Positions 41,530 through 64,000 of a DNA stretch of 64,000 bases are shown here, in pieces. Under the pieces are notes generated by a model, which was not told the origin of the DNA, ran no database searches, and was given only the letters and a program-made list of their open reading frames with translations. Within the stretch, counting starts at the first letter, position 1. Each line of letters starts with the position of its first letter. The stretch is from the human T2T-CHM13v2.0 reference genome, Homo sapiens, in assembly GCF_009914755.1 (NCBI RefSeq), contig NC_060940.1, one strand, 5' to 3'. A program made the position numbers and the translations under genes.

Positions 41530-42093
41530 TCTTTCCTCCAAAATCGCCAAGGCCTCAATTTACTCATTGCTGAAAAAGGACGACTCTGTATATTTTTAAA
41601 TGAAGAGTGTTGTTTTTACCTAAATCAATCTGGCCTGGTATATGACAACATAAAAAAACTCAAGGATAGAGTCCAAAAACTTGCCAACCAAGCAAATAAT
41701 TATGCTGAACCCCCTTGGGCACTCTCTTAATTGGATGTCCTGGGTCCTCCCAATTCTTAGTCCTTTAATACCTGTTTTTCTCCTTCTCTTATTCGGACTG
41801 TGTGTCTTCTGTTTAGTTTCTCAATTCATACAAAACCGTATTCAGGCCATCACCAATAATTCTATATGACAAATGCTCCTTCTAACAACCCCACAGTATC
41901 AGCCCTTACCCCAAAATCTTTCTTCAGTTGAATCTCTCCCACTGTAGGTTCCCAGGCCGCCCCTAATCCCGCTCGAAGCAGCCCTGAGAAACATCGCCCA
42001 TTATCTCTCCATATCACCCCCACAAATTTTCGCCACCCCAACACTTTACCACTATTTTGTTTTATTTTTCTTATTAACATAAGAAGACAGGAA
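41530..42093 (+). mobile_element. HERV-H internal fragment (env TM/immunosuppressive domain, 3' UTR, PPT)
   Basis: LQNRQGLNLLIAEKGRLCIFLNEECCFYLNQSGLV (ISD plus CX6CC); purine tract aagaagacaggaa immediately before the LTR. Confidence 0.9.
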
Positions 42094-42553
42094 TGTCAGG
42101 CCTCTGAGTCCAAGCTAAGCCATCATATCCCAGTGACCTGCACGTATACATCCAGATGGCCTGAAGCAACTGAAGATCCACAGAAGTGAAAACAGCCTTA
42201 ACTGAAGACATTCCACCATTGTCATTTGTTTCTGCCCCACCCTAACTGATCAATGTACTTTGTAATCTGCCCCACTCTTAAGAAGGTTCTTTATCATCTC
42301 CCCCACCCTTAAGAAGTTTCTTTGTAATTCTCCTCACCCTTGACAATGTACTTTATGAGATCCACCTCCTGCCCCCAAAACACTGCTCTTAACTCCACCG
42401 CCTATCCCCAAACCTATAAGAACCAGTGATAATCACACCACCCTTTGCTGACTCCTTTTTTGGACTCAGCCCGCCTGCACCCAGGTGAAATAAACAGCCA
42501 TGTTGCTCACACAAAGCATGTTTGGTGGTCTCTTCACACAGACACGTGAGACA
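42094..42553 (+). mobile_element. HERV-H 3' LTR (LTR7 family)
   Basis: Starts tgtcaggcctctgag; contains aataaa; ends tctcttcacacagacacgtgagaca. Confidence 0.9.
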
Positions 42554-42723
42554 GGAGTTCGAGACCAGCCTGGCCAATCTGGTGAAACTCTATGTCTCTA
42601 CTAAAAATACAAAAATTAGCTGGGCATGGTGGCGGGCACCTGTAATCCCAGCTACTCGGGAAGCTGAGGCACAAAAATTGCTTGAACCCAGGAGGCAGAG
42701 TTTGCAGTGAGCCAAGATCACAC

Positions 42724-43179
42724 TGTCAGGCCTCTGAGCCCAAGCCAAGCCATTGCATCCCCTGTGACTTGCACGTATACATCCAGATGGCCTGAAGTAA
42801 CTGAAGATCCACACAAGAAGTAAAAATAGCCTTAACTGATGACATTCCACCATTGTGATTTGTTTCTGCCCCACCCTAACTGTTCAATGTACTTTGTAAT
42901 CTCCCCCACCCTTAAGAAGGTACTTTGTAATCTCCCCAACCCTTAAGAAGGTTCTTTGTAATTCTCCCCACCCTTGAGAATGTACTTTGTGAGATCCACC
43001 CCTGCCTGCAAACATGGCTCTTCACCCCCTATCCCAAAACCTGTAAGAACTAATGATAATCCACCACCCTTTGCTGACTCTCTTTTCGGACTCAGCCCGC
43101 CTGCACCCAGGTGAAATAAACAGCCATGTTGCTCACACAAAGCCTGTTTAGTGGTCTCTTCACACGGACGCGCATGAAA
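42724..43179 (+). mobile_element. Solo LTR7 inserted in an Alu, 5-bp TSD CACAC
   Basis: tgtcaggcctctgagcccaagccaagcc...cacacggacgcgcatgaaa; cacac at 42719-42723 and 43180-43184; the Alu resumes afterwards. Confidence 0.92.
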
Positions 43180-43999
43180 CACACGACCGCACTTCAGGCT
43201 GGGCGACAGAGCTAGATTCCATCTCAAAAAAAATAAAACAAAAAGGAGTCACCTCCCCCGAGAGGCCTCTGGACCACCCCATCTGAGCAGGCCACTCTTC
43301 CTTCTCTATCTTACCATCTTGTTTCTGTCCCAGTAGTTAGGGCTACCTCCAGTAATCCTATTTGTCCCTTTACTGTTTAGTGCGTCTCGCTTGACTAGAA
43401 GCTCCATGAAAGCAAGAGACCCTACCTGCCTCCTTCGCCACTAGACCCCCAGGGCCTGGTATGTGGTGATCGCTCAGGGCCCATTTTCTTCCTTTCCTCC
43501 TCCTCCAAGGGTGGGGAAAGAGCATCAGAAGGTCTAGGTGGCCCCAGGCCCAAACAATGCTCCTTTAAAAGGAAACCAGATTGTTACAAAGGTCAGAGGC
43601 TGAAAAGTTATTTCCGCCTTTTATCCCTCTAAATTCTTCACTTCCTGAAAAAACAAACAAACAAAAAAGCCACTGAGGGCCCTTGGACTAAATCCAGGCC
43701 TCAGTTGCTGGGCAGAGGTCAGTCTTGTCCAGACATGGGAAAAAAATAATTCGAGTCAGACAGGTGGGTCACCAGAGAACGAATCCAGCCTGCAAATGGC
43801 CTGTGCAATCTTCAGCTCTGTCCAGACCTGCCTCCCTTTGGGGATGCCTTTAAAGGTGATGAATGATCTGGATGAATGGGCTTAGAAGATAAGAGGGAAA
43901 AACAAATATCACAGGTCAAATCGTTATTTGTCTTCAAGTTTAACACCGTCTACTGGACTAAAAGATGTCCAAAGAATAGTTGTTCAACTATGTAAATTC

Positions 44000-48305
<4,306 letters not shown>

Positions 48306-48859
48306 AAACGACTGGAAAGGAGATGAGGGTACTTGTGAAGCCATATTATATGACACGCTCTGTGCTAGGACTTTTATATACCTTGTCTCATCTCTTCATC
48401 TCATATAATCCTTACAAGGATCTCAAAAGTGGGGAAATCCCCATATAACTGAAGACGAAGGCAGTTCAGAAGTTCACTGATTTGCCCTAAGGTTCCTCAA
48501 TTTGCAAACGTCAGGCCAATGATCCAACCCCAGGTATGTTTGGCAGTGAAGGACCAGTTGAGTCACAGCTGCAAGTAACCACCCTGCAGTGGTCCCTATC
48601 TTGGCCGTTAGCTTACATTGACATTTAACACTCAAATTTACTCAGTAACACCAGCTATCATGTTTTCCACTAAAACTCCACAGCATTCTGGCAACTTTTC
48701 TATTTTAGAGCAATAAAGTAAATTGTTAGCATCCCTTTGACATATAAATATTTCTACAAATAGTAATTCTCTAGCCATTCATTTGGAGTATTTAAAACTC
48801 AACATTCATAGCACATTTTATGTGACAAAGAACTTCTGTTCAGAACACAAAAATAAGTC

Positions 48860-49545
48860 GTACATCTTCATTAAAAACGGGTGAAGAATTTGAACAAACA
48901 TTTGCAAACTAAAATACAAATGAAATACACTCAACATCATTAGTCATCAAGAAAATAAAATTATGAGATAATCACTAATAATCACTACATATGCACCACA
49001 GTGATTAAAATTTTTTTAAGTTAAGCCACGTGACCCAACAAGGTGCATTCACTCAAGAGAAACGCAAATATATGTCCACTCAAAGACTTGCACATGAATG
49101 TTGAGAGCAGGTTTATACTGAATAGCGCAATGTGAAAAAACCCCAAAATCTAGCAAAGGATGAAGGGAGAAATAAACTGTGGTATATACATACAATAGAA
49201 CACTACTCAATAATAAAAAGGATTATATTCCTGATACATGCAATATGGGTGAACCGTAAAAATATCATGCTGAGCAAGAGAAGCCAAACACAAGAGAACA
49301 TGTTGTTATGATTTCACGTACATGAAACTTTAGTAAAGACAAGTCTAATCCATAGTGACAGAAAGCAAATCAGTAACTGCTGACAGGGGCAAATGAGGAG
49401 ATGATCTCAAGGGAACCTTCTGGGGTAAGACGCTGTTCTGTATCTCGATCGTATTGGTGGTCACACAAGTGAAGACATGTTAGAACTCATCAAACCATAC
49501 ACTTAGAATGTGTAATATAAACCTCAATAAAGCAAAATTAAAAAA
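48860..49545 (+). mobile_element. Old L1M 3' end
   Basis: aaagacttgcacatgaatgtt...ataaactgtggtatatacatacaatagaacactactc...aactcatcaaacc...cctcaataaagc followed by an A tail. Confidence 0.75.
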
Positions 49546-49571
49546 AAAAAACCACCTTTAATTTTCTCTTA

Positions 49572-49745
<174 letters not shown>

Positions 49746-50450
49746 TCAACGTAAAACAGGCTGTTGATATGTTTGCAGATATATAGCAAGTCTTAAGTCC
49801 AAGACTGCAATATAGTTTGGCTACTTCAGATTGATTGCAGTAGTTTTATCTATTACACTATACCCTTCCATCATTTATCTTCTACTCACAAGAGGCAAGC
49901 ACACAGTAAGAGAAAGCCTTTTGTTTTGAAGGGAAATCTTCTTCAGAATATTAAGTCTAATTTATCAATATACTTAATAAAGCACATTACAAAAAAAATG
50001 TCACAGCACATTTACTATAAAGCAGACTGCAGAAAAACATTACAACTAATGCTTTATTATGAAGTTCTCGAAGATCACCATTCATTCAGAAGCCCCCATC
50101 TCTGGTCGAACTTTACCCCATTTAGGATGAAGAGGAGAGATCTTTGTTTGCAGCAAATCTAAAATTTACGTAATCCGCCTAAAGGAACTGTCTTTACATA
50201 CACCACCTCCCACCCCAAAAATAGAAGAAAAAACTGAGCAATTTGCCATCCTTGCGATTATCTCAGGTTCTTCCATCTGCCCCATGTACTTCCCAAATGA
50301 AAGACTGCCTGAAAACGGCATGTTAGATTTCTGGATTTACCAGCTTGCCCAACTACAAATCCTATTCCAAAAAACTCAAAAAATAAGGTCTTTGTTCTAC
50401 AGTAATGACCATTAATAGTCATAAGAGTGTGCTTGTAAAAATATACAGAC

Positions 50451-50624
<174 letters not shown>

Positions 50625-50983
50625 TTACTGTCAATTAATAAAAATTACAATTCATAACCACTCAAAGAATAAAGCAATTGATAAGATGCTATCAAACTGA
50701 CATCCAAAGTTAGGGGGCAGTAAGAGGAGCAGCCTGCTCTATAATAAAATGATATCAGCAAGTCAAGACATTTGCTTTTGGGGATTTTTACATTTTATTT
50801 CATTTCAACCTCAGTTTTTGTTGGCAAGCAGCATTCATATATCATATGACTTCTACAACTAAAATGAAGCTATTAGCACTAGTATTTAGTAATCTAGTAA
50901 CTCTCCTTCCAGCCCTCTTCACCCCATGTATGTTTATCACATGATATACACAATGTACATTTACCTCCGTAAGAGTAAACTTA

Positions 50984-51132
<149 letters not shown>

Positions 51133-52087
51133 CTACAGAAGTTAAATGAAATGTCATTAAGTTAATGTGCTTTTATTATAAATTTTGATTTATGTTTGGC
51201 ATTATTAAGAACTAATCACCAATGAACAGCTCCTTTAATATTTCAGGCAGTTAAACACTATAAGCATTACTGAGAGCTATATAAAAATCATACTTCATAC
51301 AAAATTACTGTACCTCAGACCCCTAAAAAGCAGTTGCCTTCAAAGGCTCAAAAATCACTAAGTCGAGGTCAGGTGTGGTGGCTCACGCCTGTAATCCCAG
51401 CACTTTGGGAGGCCAAGGTGGGTGGATCACGAAGTCAGGAGTTCAAGACCAGCCTGGCCACGATGATGAAACCCCGTCTCTACTAAAAATACAAAAAATT
51501 AGCTGGGCACGGTGGCAGACACCTGTAATCCCAGCTACTCAGGGGGCCGAGGCAGGAGAATCACTTGAACTCAGAGGGCGGAGGTTGCAGTGAGCCGAAA
51601 TCGCGCCACTGCACTCCAGCCTGGGCAACAGAGTGAGACTCTGTCTCAACAAAAAAGAAAATCGGTAAGTCAATCTACTATTTAAGGGGACAAATCTAGA
51701 CCTGCATTAGCAAGTCTTGCTCAATCCAGAATACTCATTAAACTTTTTAATAACATCTTATCAAGTGTTCCATTTGTGATAAAGAACTTAATGAGCCACA
51801 TCAAGATGAAAATCAAGAAAAATATTTAGCTGAAACACTACTTTGTCCTTTATCAAACAAAATGGCTAGATAAATCTCAAAGTATTAAGGTGGTCATTTT
51901 TTTTATTTGACTTAATTTTAAGTGCTTTTCATTTCCCAAATCAAACATAAATAGGGCAGCCCTAAATTTGTTGCTTCACATGGGATTCTGCCCCCACAAA
52001 AATGTAAAATAACTTCCAGATTTTCCAGTAAAATATACTAAGCCAAACATTTTGAGCAACTTGTCCACTAAAATAACTTTAAAACTA

Positions 52088-52300
<213 letters not shown>

Positions 52301-55077
52301 CTAGGAAGACAGCAAAGTACACAGCATTTTTCTGACAAAATTCCTTCCACGAGGATGCCATTATTTTGGTTTTTATGTTGAAGATGTGACTACCACTTAA
52401 TTAGTACTCAAATTGGAGTGGCAAACCAGAAAGTCACAGCTACAGACTTTCAGTGGAGCTGACTCGCCCCTGTGTCTCCTTCCTGTTTTCATGTGTTGCA
52501 GCCTGTTCTCTTCAGAGCCTGACACACTGACAGTAGACCTCTGCAGGACAACTTTGACACCCAGTTCTCTCCAAGCTGCCAGTGAGCTCCCTGTGCAGCC
52601 TCACTCCTCACCTACAGCATGAGCCCTTGCAGCTCTCCCAGCATCACAATCTTGTATCTCAGTCCTGGCTTCTTTCACTGCTGGCATCCCTCTGTCTCTC
52701 CCTTTTTCACCTACTTTTCTTTTTTCAAAGAATTCTTCTCTTTCATCTGCTTATATGAAAAATAATGACACCTCTGAAATTCTTTCCTGTAGTTCTGCAG
52801 CATCAATGCCAGGAAGACAGGCCTCATCCTCCCAGCTTCTATGCTGCTCCTTTCAGATCCCTTACCCTGTCCCCATTTTCATGACACGGGCTCTCCAGCC
52901 AGGAAGAAGACACTGTTTCTCACTCTCTCTTTTCCATCTTTGCCTGTCCCTCTCGCTGTGTAACTTCCCTTATAACTCAGCCTGAGGCCAGTGCTAGAAA
53001 GGCACATCACCTGACTTATTCTGTGCCTGATTCTACCTAGATCAGTGCAACCACTGGCTTCTCAGGGGGACCCTTGAGTACTGGGCACTGATGAACTGCT
53101 GCCAACACAGTCATCATTTCTGCCATTAAAAGGTCCTAAGTCCTCTCCAGTGGCAGGTTCCCCAAGTCCCCACTATGCTCTATAATGCCCTATGCTTTCA
53201 GCTAATGACTCAGTCCTCAGAAAAAACAAACAAATAAACAAAAAAACACAGGCTTTAATTTCCTCTACCCCTACCCCCAATCCACCATACACTGCCGAAA
53301 TTCTGTCTATACCAACTTTGACTGCTTTCCTTGAGGCAGAGAAAAGGTGAGGGCCAGTTAATCTATCAATGTTCTTTCTCCTGTTTCTTCAACCTCTGCT
53401 TTCTAGTGGCTCCTTCCCCTTGGCCAAAAGAACATAATCTCTCCAACATTTAAAATAAACATCTCATATTTCCCTCCAGCAACAGCTTCCTATCCTCGAC
53501 TTCAAGAAAAACTCACTGACCAAATAACTTACCTCAAGCTTTTCATTTTCAAATGTCTCTACCACTCAATACTATTCAATCTAGCTTCTTCTGTCTCTCT
53601 ACAAAACTCTTTTTCCTTATAATCCCTAGAGCATCTGACAAGGCTGACTACTCCCATCTGGATGTCCTATATCTAGGGCACTTCCCTTCTCAATGTCCCT
53701 GTTATTTTTTTGAATGGCTTCCTCTTCTATCCTTTCACAAAAATGCTAAACTAGGATTCTGACCCAGGCCTTCCTTCCTCTTCACTCACTATTCTCCAGA
53801 GGCTTCTCTCTGGTTTGGTTGCTTACAAAGGCTCTAGAGTATAGAGACTGAAAAGGAAAGAGGGCCTTTTCTGTGTACTAATCATCTGCAAATCTCTCAA
53901 GCTTAGACTGTCTCCTTAGTTCAAAATCCAATTCTTAACAGCTTACCCAACAATCTCATCTGCACATTTCATTAGAAATCTTAAAACATGGCTTGTTCTC
54001 TGTGTGCTCCTACTCCAGTTAATAGCATTGTTTCTCTTCCCTCTACCATTGCCCCCATAAATTAATGGTCTCCATGCTTCCATACTTGCCCCGCACCTCC
54101 AGTCTCTTCACCACAGCAGAATGAACCAAGTCAGATCACAACACATCTCTGTTCAAATCCCACCTGAAATTTTCAGTCTTACTAGAATAACAGCCAAAGT
54201 TCTTCTCAGTTCCCAGCTACTTCTCTGCCCTTATATCCTACTGTTTAAGGCGCTCCTAAACACACAGGCCTCCCAGCTATTTCCAGAACACTCCAAGCCC
54301 ATCATTCTCACATCAGGTCTAGGCCCAAAGGGCATCCTGATGGGCATGTCTTGACCTTGTGTCTTCCCTCCAAAGAAGGTCAGCTTTACCTAACTGCTTT
54401 CCTTATGGCACAGAAAAGGTGAGTGAGGTCCAATTAGTCCTTCTATCAATAATCTTTATCTAATCTTTGCTTTAAAAGGTTGGAATTTGTGTCTGTTTTA
54501 TGTGCTGCCTGGGTCACAGCACATGCTCAGTGAAGCAATTACACATTAACCCATTTAGCAGTAGAAGTATCAGACAAAGTCTAATGACCTTTATCTTCCC
54601 AGCCAAGTGTCTGCAACAGAGTGCTCAGTTTTGAATTACAGAATTAATAAAAGCACAGAGGAATGAGAAGAAAGTTTAATTTACAGATGTTCACAAACTC
54701 TGTCCTCATTAGAATAAATGTTTTTGATATATTCAGACCTCATTTAGAAACAAAGCCATCAAATGTGATTCTTTCTAAAGCAGTACAAATTTTTCTTTAT
54801 ATTCACTCTGGCATAATCTTCAAACTGTATTAAGGTTTTAGAACAACAGGTTCTGAAAATTAATACCAAATGACTATCTCAGCAGTGTTTTCCCATTATA
54901 CAAATACCTTCCCTCATCTCTGATGTCAGTTTCCTGTTGTCATTTTCATAATGGCAGTAAGTTAGAAATATAACCATTTTGTATTACTACATATGACCAA
55001 TTTTAATATTTTTTTGCCATAGGAAAAACATCGTAGTTATTGGAAATTTGTTTTATAACTGGAAACAGAAAGCCTTA

Positions 55078-55314
<237 letters not shown>

Positions 55315-55354
55315 TCAGATCAATTAGAAATATTTCAAAGAGCACAGAAACCTA

Positions 55355-55594
<240 letters not shown>

Positions 55595-55639
55595 TTATTT
55601 CTTTATTTATCTACTTACTTACTTTTTTTTTTTTTTTGA

Positions 55640-55947
<308 letters not shown>

Positions 55948-55950
55948 TGA

Positions 55951-56226
<276 letters not shown>

Positions 56227-57120
56227 TAAACACACATATCTCATTTCCCCCCTCCCACAAAAAATGGTGCAAGAATAAACTGAGCTAAAACAGTGAGTTG
56301 ACTATGGTGGGGGGAGGTTTGATGTCTTCCTCACAACTATGAAACTAAATTTAAAAGTGGTTAAATGTTTTTTAAAAAATGTAAGAGTATAAAAGAACTA
56401 GTGGAAAATATTGATAAGTAACTGATGTCAGTGTGTGGAAAGGCTTTGTAGAAGGATAAAATGCAAGAAAAGATGCACAAGTAACAGCATCTAGATGCAT
56501 AATGCTGAAATACAACACTAAACATTAAAAACAAATTATAAATCAAGAAATTGGATAGCATCAACAATCTTAGTATTTAATGAAATTTCACAGATTAACA
56601 CAGGAAAAATTGAGAGGCCATGAAGACATGATCCATGTTTTAAAAAATCACAAATGGTCACTATATGGGGCAACTTCTACTATTAGTCATTAATACATAT
56701 AGAAATGTAAAGTACAATAACTATTTTCGCTGATGGTGGTGGCAGCATTCTTGTTTCTCAGTGACTCTCAGTATCCACAAAGGTGAAGGGAAGGGGGTAC
56801 TCTATTATTAAGGGTATACATTGCAGCCATCTTTTCTGTAGAGTAACTTAGCAATAGAATATATCATAAGACTTATGGTTTGGCAGCCTTTCTTCTAGTA
56901 AATCAGTTTATGAGAATGGATTCCAAGAAAGTAATCAGAAATATAAGCAAAGATATTAAGTGCTATGGTACATTTAGTAAAAAAAAAAAAATCAGAAACA
57001 ACCTTAATGCCCAACAGTAAGAAATATTAAATTATGGTACACTCATAAATACAAATCTTTATTAAAAATAACACTGTAGAATACTTAACATGGCAATTTT
57101 TTTTTTTTTTTTTTTTTTGA

Positions 57121-57327
<207 letters not shown>

Positions 57328-58063
57328 TGACCTCAGGTGATCCACCTGCCTCGGCCTCCCAAAGTGCTGGGAATACAGATGTAAGACACCGAACCCAGCC
57401 TACCTAACATGGCAAATTTTTTTTTTAAATATTGAGTGGGAAAAACAGATCATAAAACCATGTGCCTATGTATGCTGCTGTTTTGGTGAAGAATGGAGAA
57501 AACGACATGAAAGAAAAAAGAATTACAAAGCATATGGATATGGAAATATGGGACTACAAAAGGACACACAACAGAAGTTACTACAAAGATATGGAAGAAT
57601 GAGCAGTTCTTTTATTTTCCTAAATTCGCAAGATTTCATTAAACTAACATAAATGGACACAGAATATTATGGTACAAGCTCCTCTATCTGGAGGAAGCAA
57701 TGAGTCTGAATGTAGAGTTCACAGGACTAATGAGCAAATACTCTGACAATAAAGGGTAATTTGTATCAGACTCTGAGGGGGAAGGAGCTCAACTAGGGAT
57801 CAAGTTCAAAAGCATTTATAAAACAACTGACAGGTCTTGTTTTTCAGTGTGATTTGCCACTAATTCTTAAATAAGAAAGGCACTCAAGTATTGCTGCTAA
57901 CTAAAGAACAAACTGAAGATGCCTCCTGGTGAAGTGATTTATAGCAAGCTTCAATGCTGAAAGCAAACAAAGCTGTTTTAAGATTTGGCTACAATGTCAG
58001 TGAGTAATACAAAGAATTTAAACATAAAGTAATTCTATCACCCATTTCCTTCCCTCCAACCTA

Positions 58064-58231
<168 letters not shown>

Positions 58232-58420
58232 TCAGAAAAGTTAGTCACCCAATACCATTAAAACATAAATCCCTATAAAATTTACAACTGATCACAGTCT
58301 GTGCCTGCTTAAAGCCAAATGTATTTAACAATTATTTTCACAATTTTCACATTATTTAGCTCAGAATTCTTTAAAATGTTACATATAAAATAGCCACAAA
58401 GGGTGACTAACAGAACCTTA

Positions 58421-58906
<486 letters not shown>

Positions 58907-59300
58907 TTACAGTGAGCCGAGATCACACAACTGCACTCCAGCCTGGGCGACAGAGTGCTGTGTCTCAAAAAAATAAATAAATAAATAAAAAATTTCCCCC
59001 ATAAACAAATTTTCAGAATTACCTTTAAAGTTCTAAACTTTGCACATAAGAAATATAGTTTTAACATGTTCTAAGATGAATATTGTTTTAACATGAACAA
59101 AAACATGAACATTATTTTAACTTCTAACACTGTTTTAACACGAATAAAATAGGTAACTCTGGCAGTTGTTGCTTTTACAAAATACAGGATCAAAACCTTT
59201 GAAAATGAATCCAAGCTTTAACTTATTTTATCCATAGATTAAATCATACCAAAGGAATTAAACCATGTTTTTCTTATTAACAGACTTAAAATGAATTTCA

Positions 59301-59872
<572 letters not shown>

Positions 59873-60157
59873 TTAAAAATCTTAAAAGTTCCTAGAATAA
59901 GTGTGAGTTTTTTATGATCAATTCACATTTATCAAGTATCCTCTGTCTACCCATCATTTAAAAATAAAAAATCCCAACATGAAAGATCTTTCATTTTAGG
60001 GGAAAAAAATATATATTTTTTCCACACAACTCCCATAAGTTTTGGGAAAAAAACAAACATATTTCCAATGCAATTATTCAATGAAAGCTTATTCTAACAA
60101 ACATACCTGAAAATTACTGACTTCTTTTCAAAAAAATCATATACTCTCAAATCTTTA

Positions 60158-60586
<429 letters not shown>

Positions 60587-60982
60587 TTATTTTGAGGTCT
60601 TTTATAGTTAACAGGATGAGGTACAGCGTGGAAGGATGATTAGGGTAAACGGCTCATGCCGGTCAGGAATGAAACTCATTCAATGCAACTAAGCATCTCT
60701 AGAATATCTCCACCCCCACCCCATTCCCCAAAGTGTTAATGACATCACATCAGTTAACTGTTAACCACATTTCATTACTCAATTTCAAAGCCCATTTTTG
60801 TTTCTACAGATGCTATCTTCAAAGTAATTTTCCTATTGATGAAAACTGAAATAACCCATATGAGAAGAATGTTACTTGATACTCTGCCACCCCCAAACAT
60901 ATTTTCTCTTCAAAACTGCATGTAAAGTAAAGGGAATCTTAAAATTATCTTTCCTAGATAAAATAGTCAAAGAAATGCCTTA

Positions 60983-61168
<186 letters not shown>

Positions 61169-61299
61169 TTAAAAGGTTAGCACATACTGTAAGTGGATTA
61201 TTTACTTATTAACTCACTGGAGGTAAAAATATAGAAAAATTGAGACTTTCAAATGGATACGGAGATGTGATTACAACTTTAGATCCTTTTTTTATTCAC

Positions 61300-61402
61300 T
61301 TCAGATGGGTCATGTGCCGACATCATAAGAGGATTTGAGGGAGGCATATCAAACATGTGAACATAAAAACCCAATCATTATGCTTATGTATTACAAAAGG
61401 AT
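61300..61402 (-). ncRNA. U13 snoRNA (SNORD13-like) degenerate retrocopy in an SMG1P intron
   Basis: Minus strand ATCCTTTTGTAATACATAAGCATAATGATTGGGTTTTT...GGCACATGACCCATCTGA resembles recalled U13 ATCCTTTTGTAGTTCATGAGCGTGATGATTGGGTG...GGCACATTACCCGTCTGA. An A-rich tail follows. Confidence 0.8.
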
Positions 61403-61556
61403 CAAGTTTAGGCTCTTAAAAGCTCCCAAATCAACTTGATCAAAAACAATAAAAGATTACTGTTTAGTTTTTCAAATATCTGAGCTACTAAGAAACATAT
61501 TTTGGCACTACATGAGTTATTCTATACTAATTATTGTGAGCCTATAAAGCTCATTA

Positions 61557-62032
<476 letters not shown>

Positions 62033-62416
62033 TTAAAAGACAGCTACTTTCAGCTGGCCAAAAGAAATTATATCCCAGTTTGTCATAATTATCTGAATCC
62101 ATTCATTCATTCAACAAAGAGTGAGTGCCTACTCTAGACTAGGCACTGTTCTTGTCCAGAATCCTCATTGACTGTCATGTTTGGAAAAATGACACATTCA
62201 ACAAAACCCACGTAATGTAACTGATGGGTCATCACACAAAACTTTTTCTGAGAGAAAATGTAAAAGTATATGCAAACTATAAACATTCACGTAAGCTTAA
62301 AAATGTGACAATCACTTCAAAACATTTTTCTAATACTAAGAATGAAAAAAAATCAAGACTGTGTATCTGTCATTAAAATGAGGATTACACATCTGCAGGT
62401 CAGGAAAAGAGCTCTA

Positions 62417-62668
<252 letters not shown>

Positions 62669-63305
62669 CTAGTCTTCTTACATTGGTTTTCTCTTGGTTT
62701 TTCAAACATCTCAAACAATAAAAAATAAAAATAAAAAATGAAACTATAGAAATTACTGTCAAAATTGTTGTGTGCCTTTTAAGAAAACCTCCCAACGCAG
62801 CATGATAATAGCAAAGAGGCCGGGCGTGGTGGCTTACCTGAGGTCAGGAGTTCAAGACCAGCCTGGCCAACAACATGGTGAAACACCATCTCTACTAAAA
62901 ATACAAAAATTAGCTGGGTGTGGTGGCGGGCACCTGTAATCACGGCTACTTGGGAGGCTGAGGCAGAAGAATTGCTTGAACCTGGGAGGCAGAGGTTGCA
63001 GTGAGCAAAACTCCGTCTCAAAAACAAAAAAAGCATAGAATATTAAAAATCTATATATATTCTTCTATGAAACACTGGGGGTGGGGGATTGAGGTTTTTC
63101 ATGTATTTCTTTTCAGAAAGAATAAGAAAGCCTAGATTAAATAATAAAACCAAATTATAAGGTGTTTGACAGTAAAGAAGCTGCTCTACCTCACCTCTAT
63201 AATCCACATTTTTTAAAATTTTTTGTAATTCACATTTCTTATTCTCAAATTATAAAGGCAAATTAACAAAGTTAGGAATAGTTAATACTATATAAAATCT
63301 GTTAC

Positions 63306-63529
<224 letters not shown>

Positions 63530-63564
63530 TTAAATCAACATACATCTTTAAAATCTATCCATTA

Positions 63565-63810
<246 letters not shown>

Positions 63811-64000
63811 TTATCCTTCAAAACAGGGGTATTTGGACTTTTTTTATTTGGACATTTTTAAATTAAAATTACAGATTGGAAGGGATCTAGTACACTACAC
63901 CTTGGACAAATACTTTTTTGTGAAGTCAGTAAAGCCTTTGCGTGCAATATAGCATCTCTATGCAATGCAGCAACTCCTTGTCTATCGCTACAGTAAGAAA

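Noticed and set aside
39959-41869. L1 ORF2 and HERV-H env ORFs as functional genes
   Set aside because: 5'-truncated, with stops and frameshifts.

Overview
Human-like (great-ape) genomic DNA from a chromosome 16 LCR16a segmental-duplication mosaic; it is not prokaryotic and has no CRISPR array, rRNA or tRNA. From left to right: (1) a two-exon PLA2G10 pseudogene fragment on +; (2) an intact NPIPB-family gene on -, with 7 coding exons giving 1012 aa by my splice reconstruction, an MVKL start, and a large VNTR terminal exon. The paralog belongs to the NPIPB3/4/5/11/12/13 type but cannot be fixed by eye; (3) an ACSM1-like fragment that supplies the first coding exon; (4) a repeat-dense spacer containing THE1, MER41, MER1, L1PA and HERV-H env with two LTR7s; (5) sixteen exons of an SMG1 pseudogene on -, with a snoU13 retrocopy in one intron. 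Alus are extremely dense and explain most of the short ORFs. The most interesting structure is how the NPIPB protein is assembled from borrowed parts: three intact alternative phase-0 first exons, an ATG apparently created from a dead ACSM splice acceptor, a silenced but in-frame exon, a VNTR open in two frames with compensating -19/+13 indels, and a C-terminus, NLS-like repeats, stop codon and poly(A) signal that appear to derive from an Alu. Parts of this NPIP architecture are already known, so I do not claim a wholly new system. All homology calls come from recalled sequences, not database searches.
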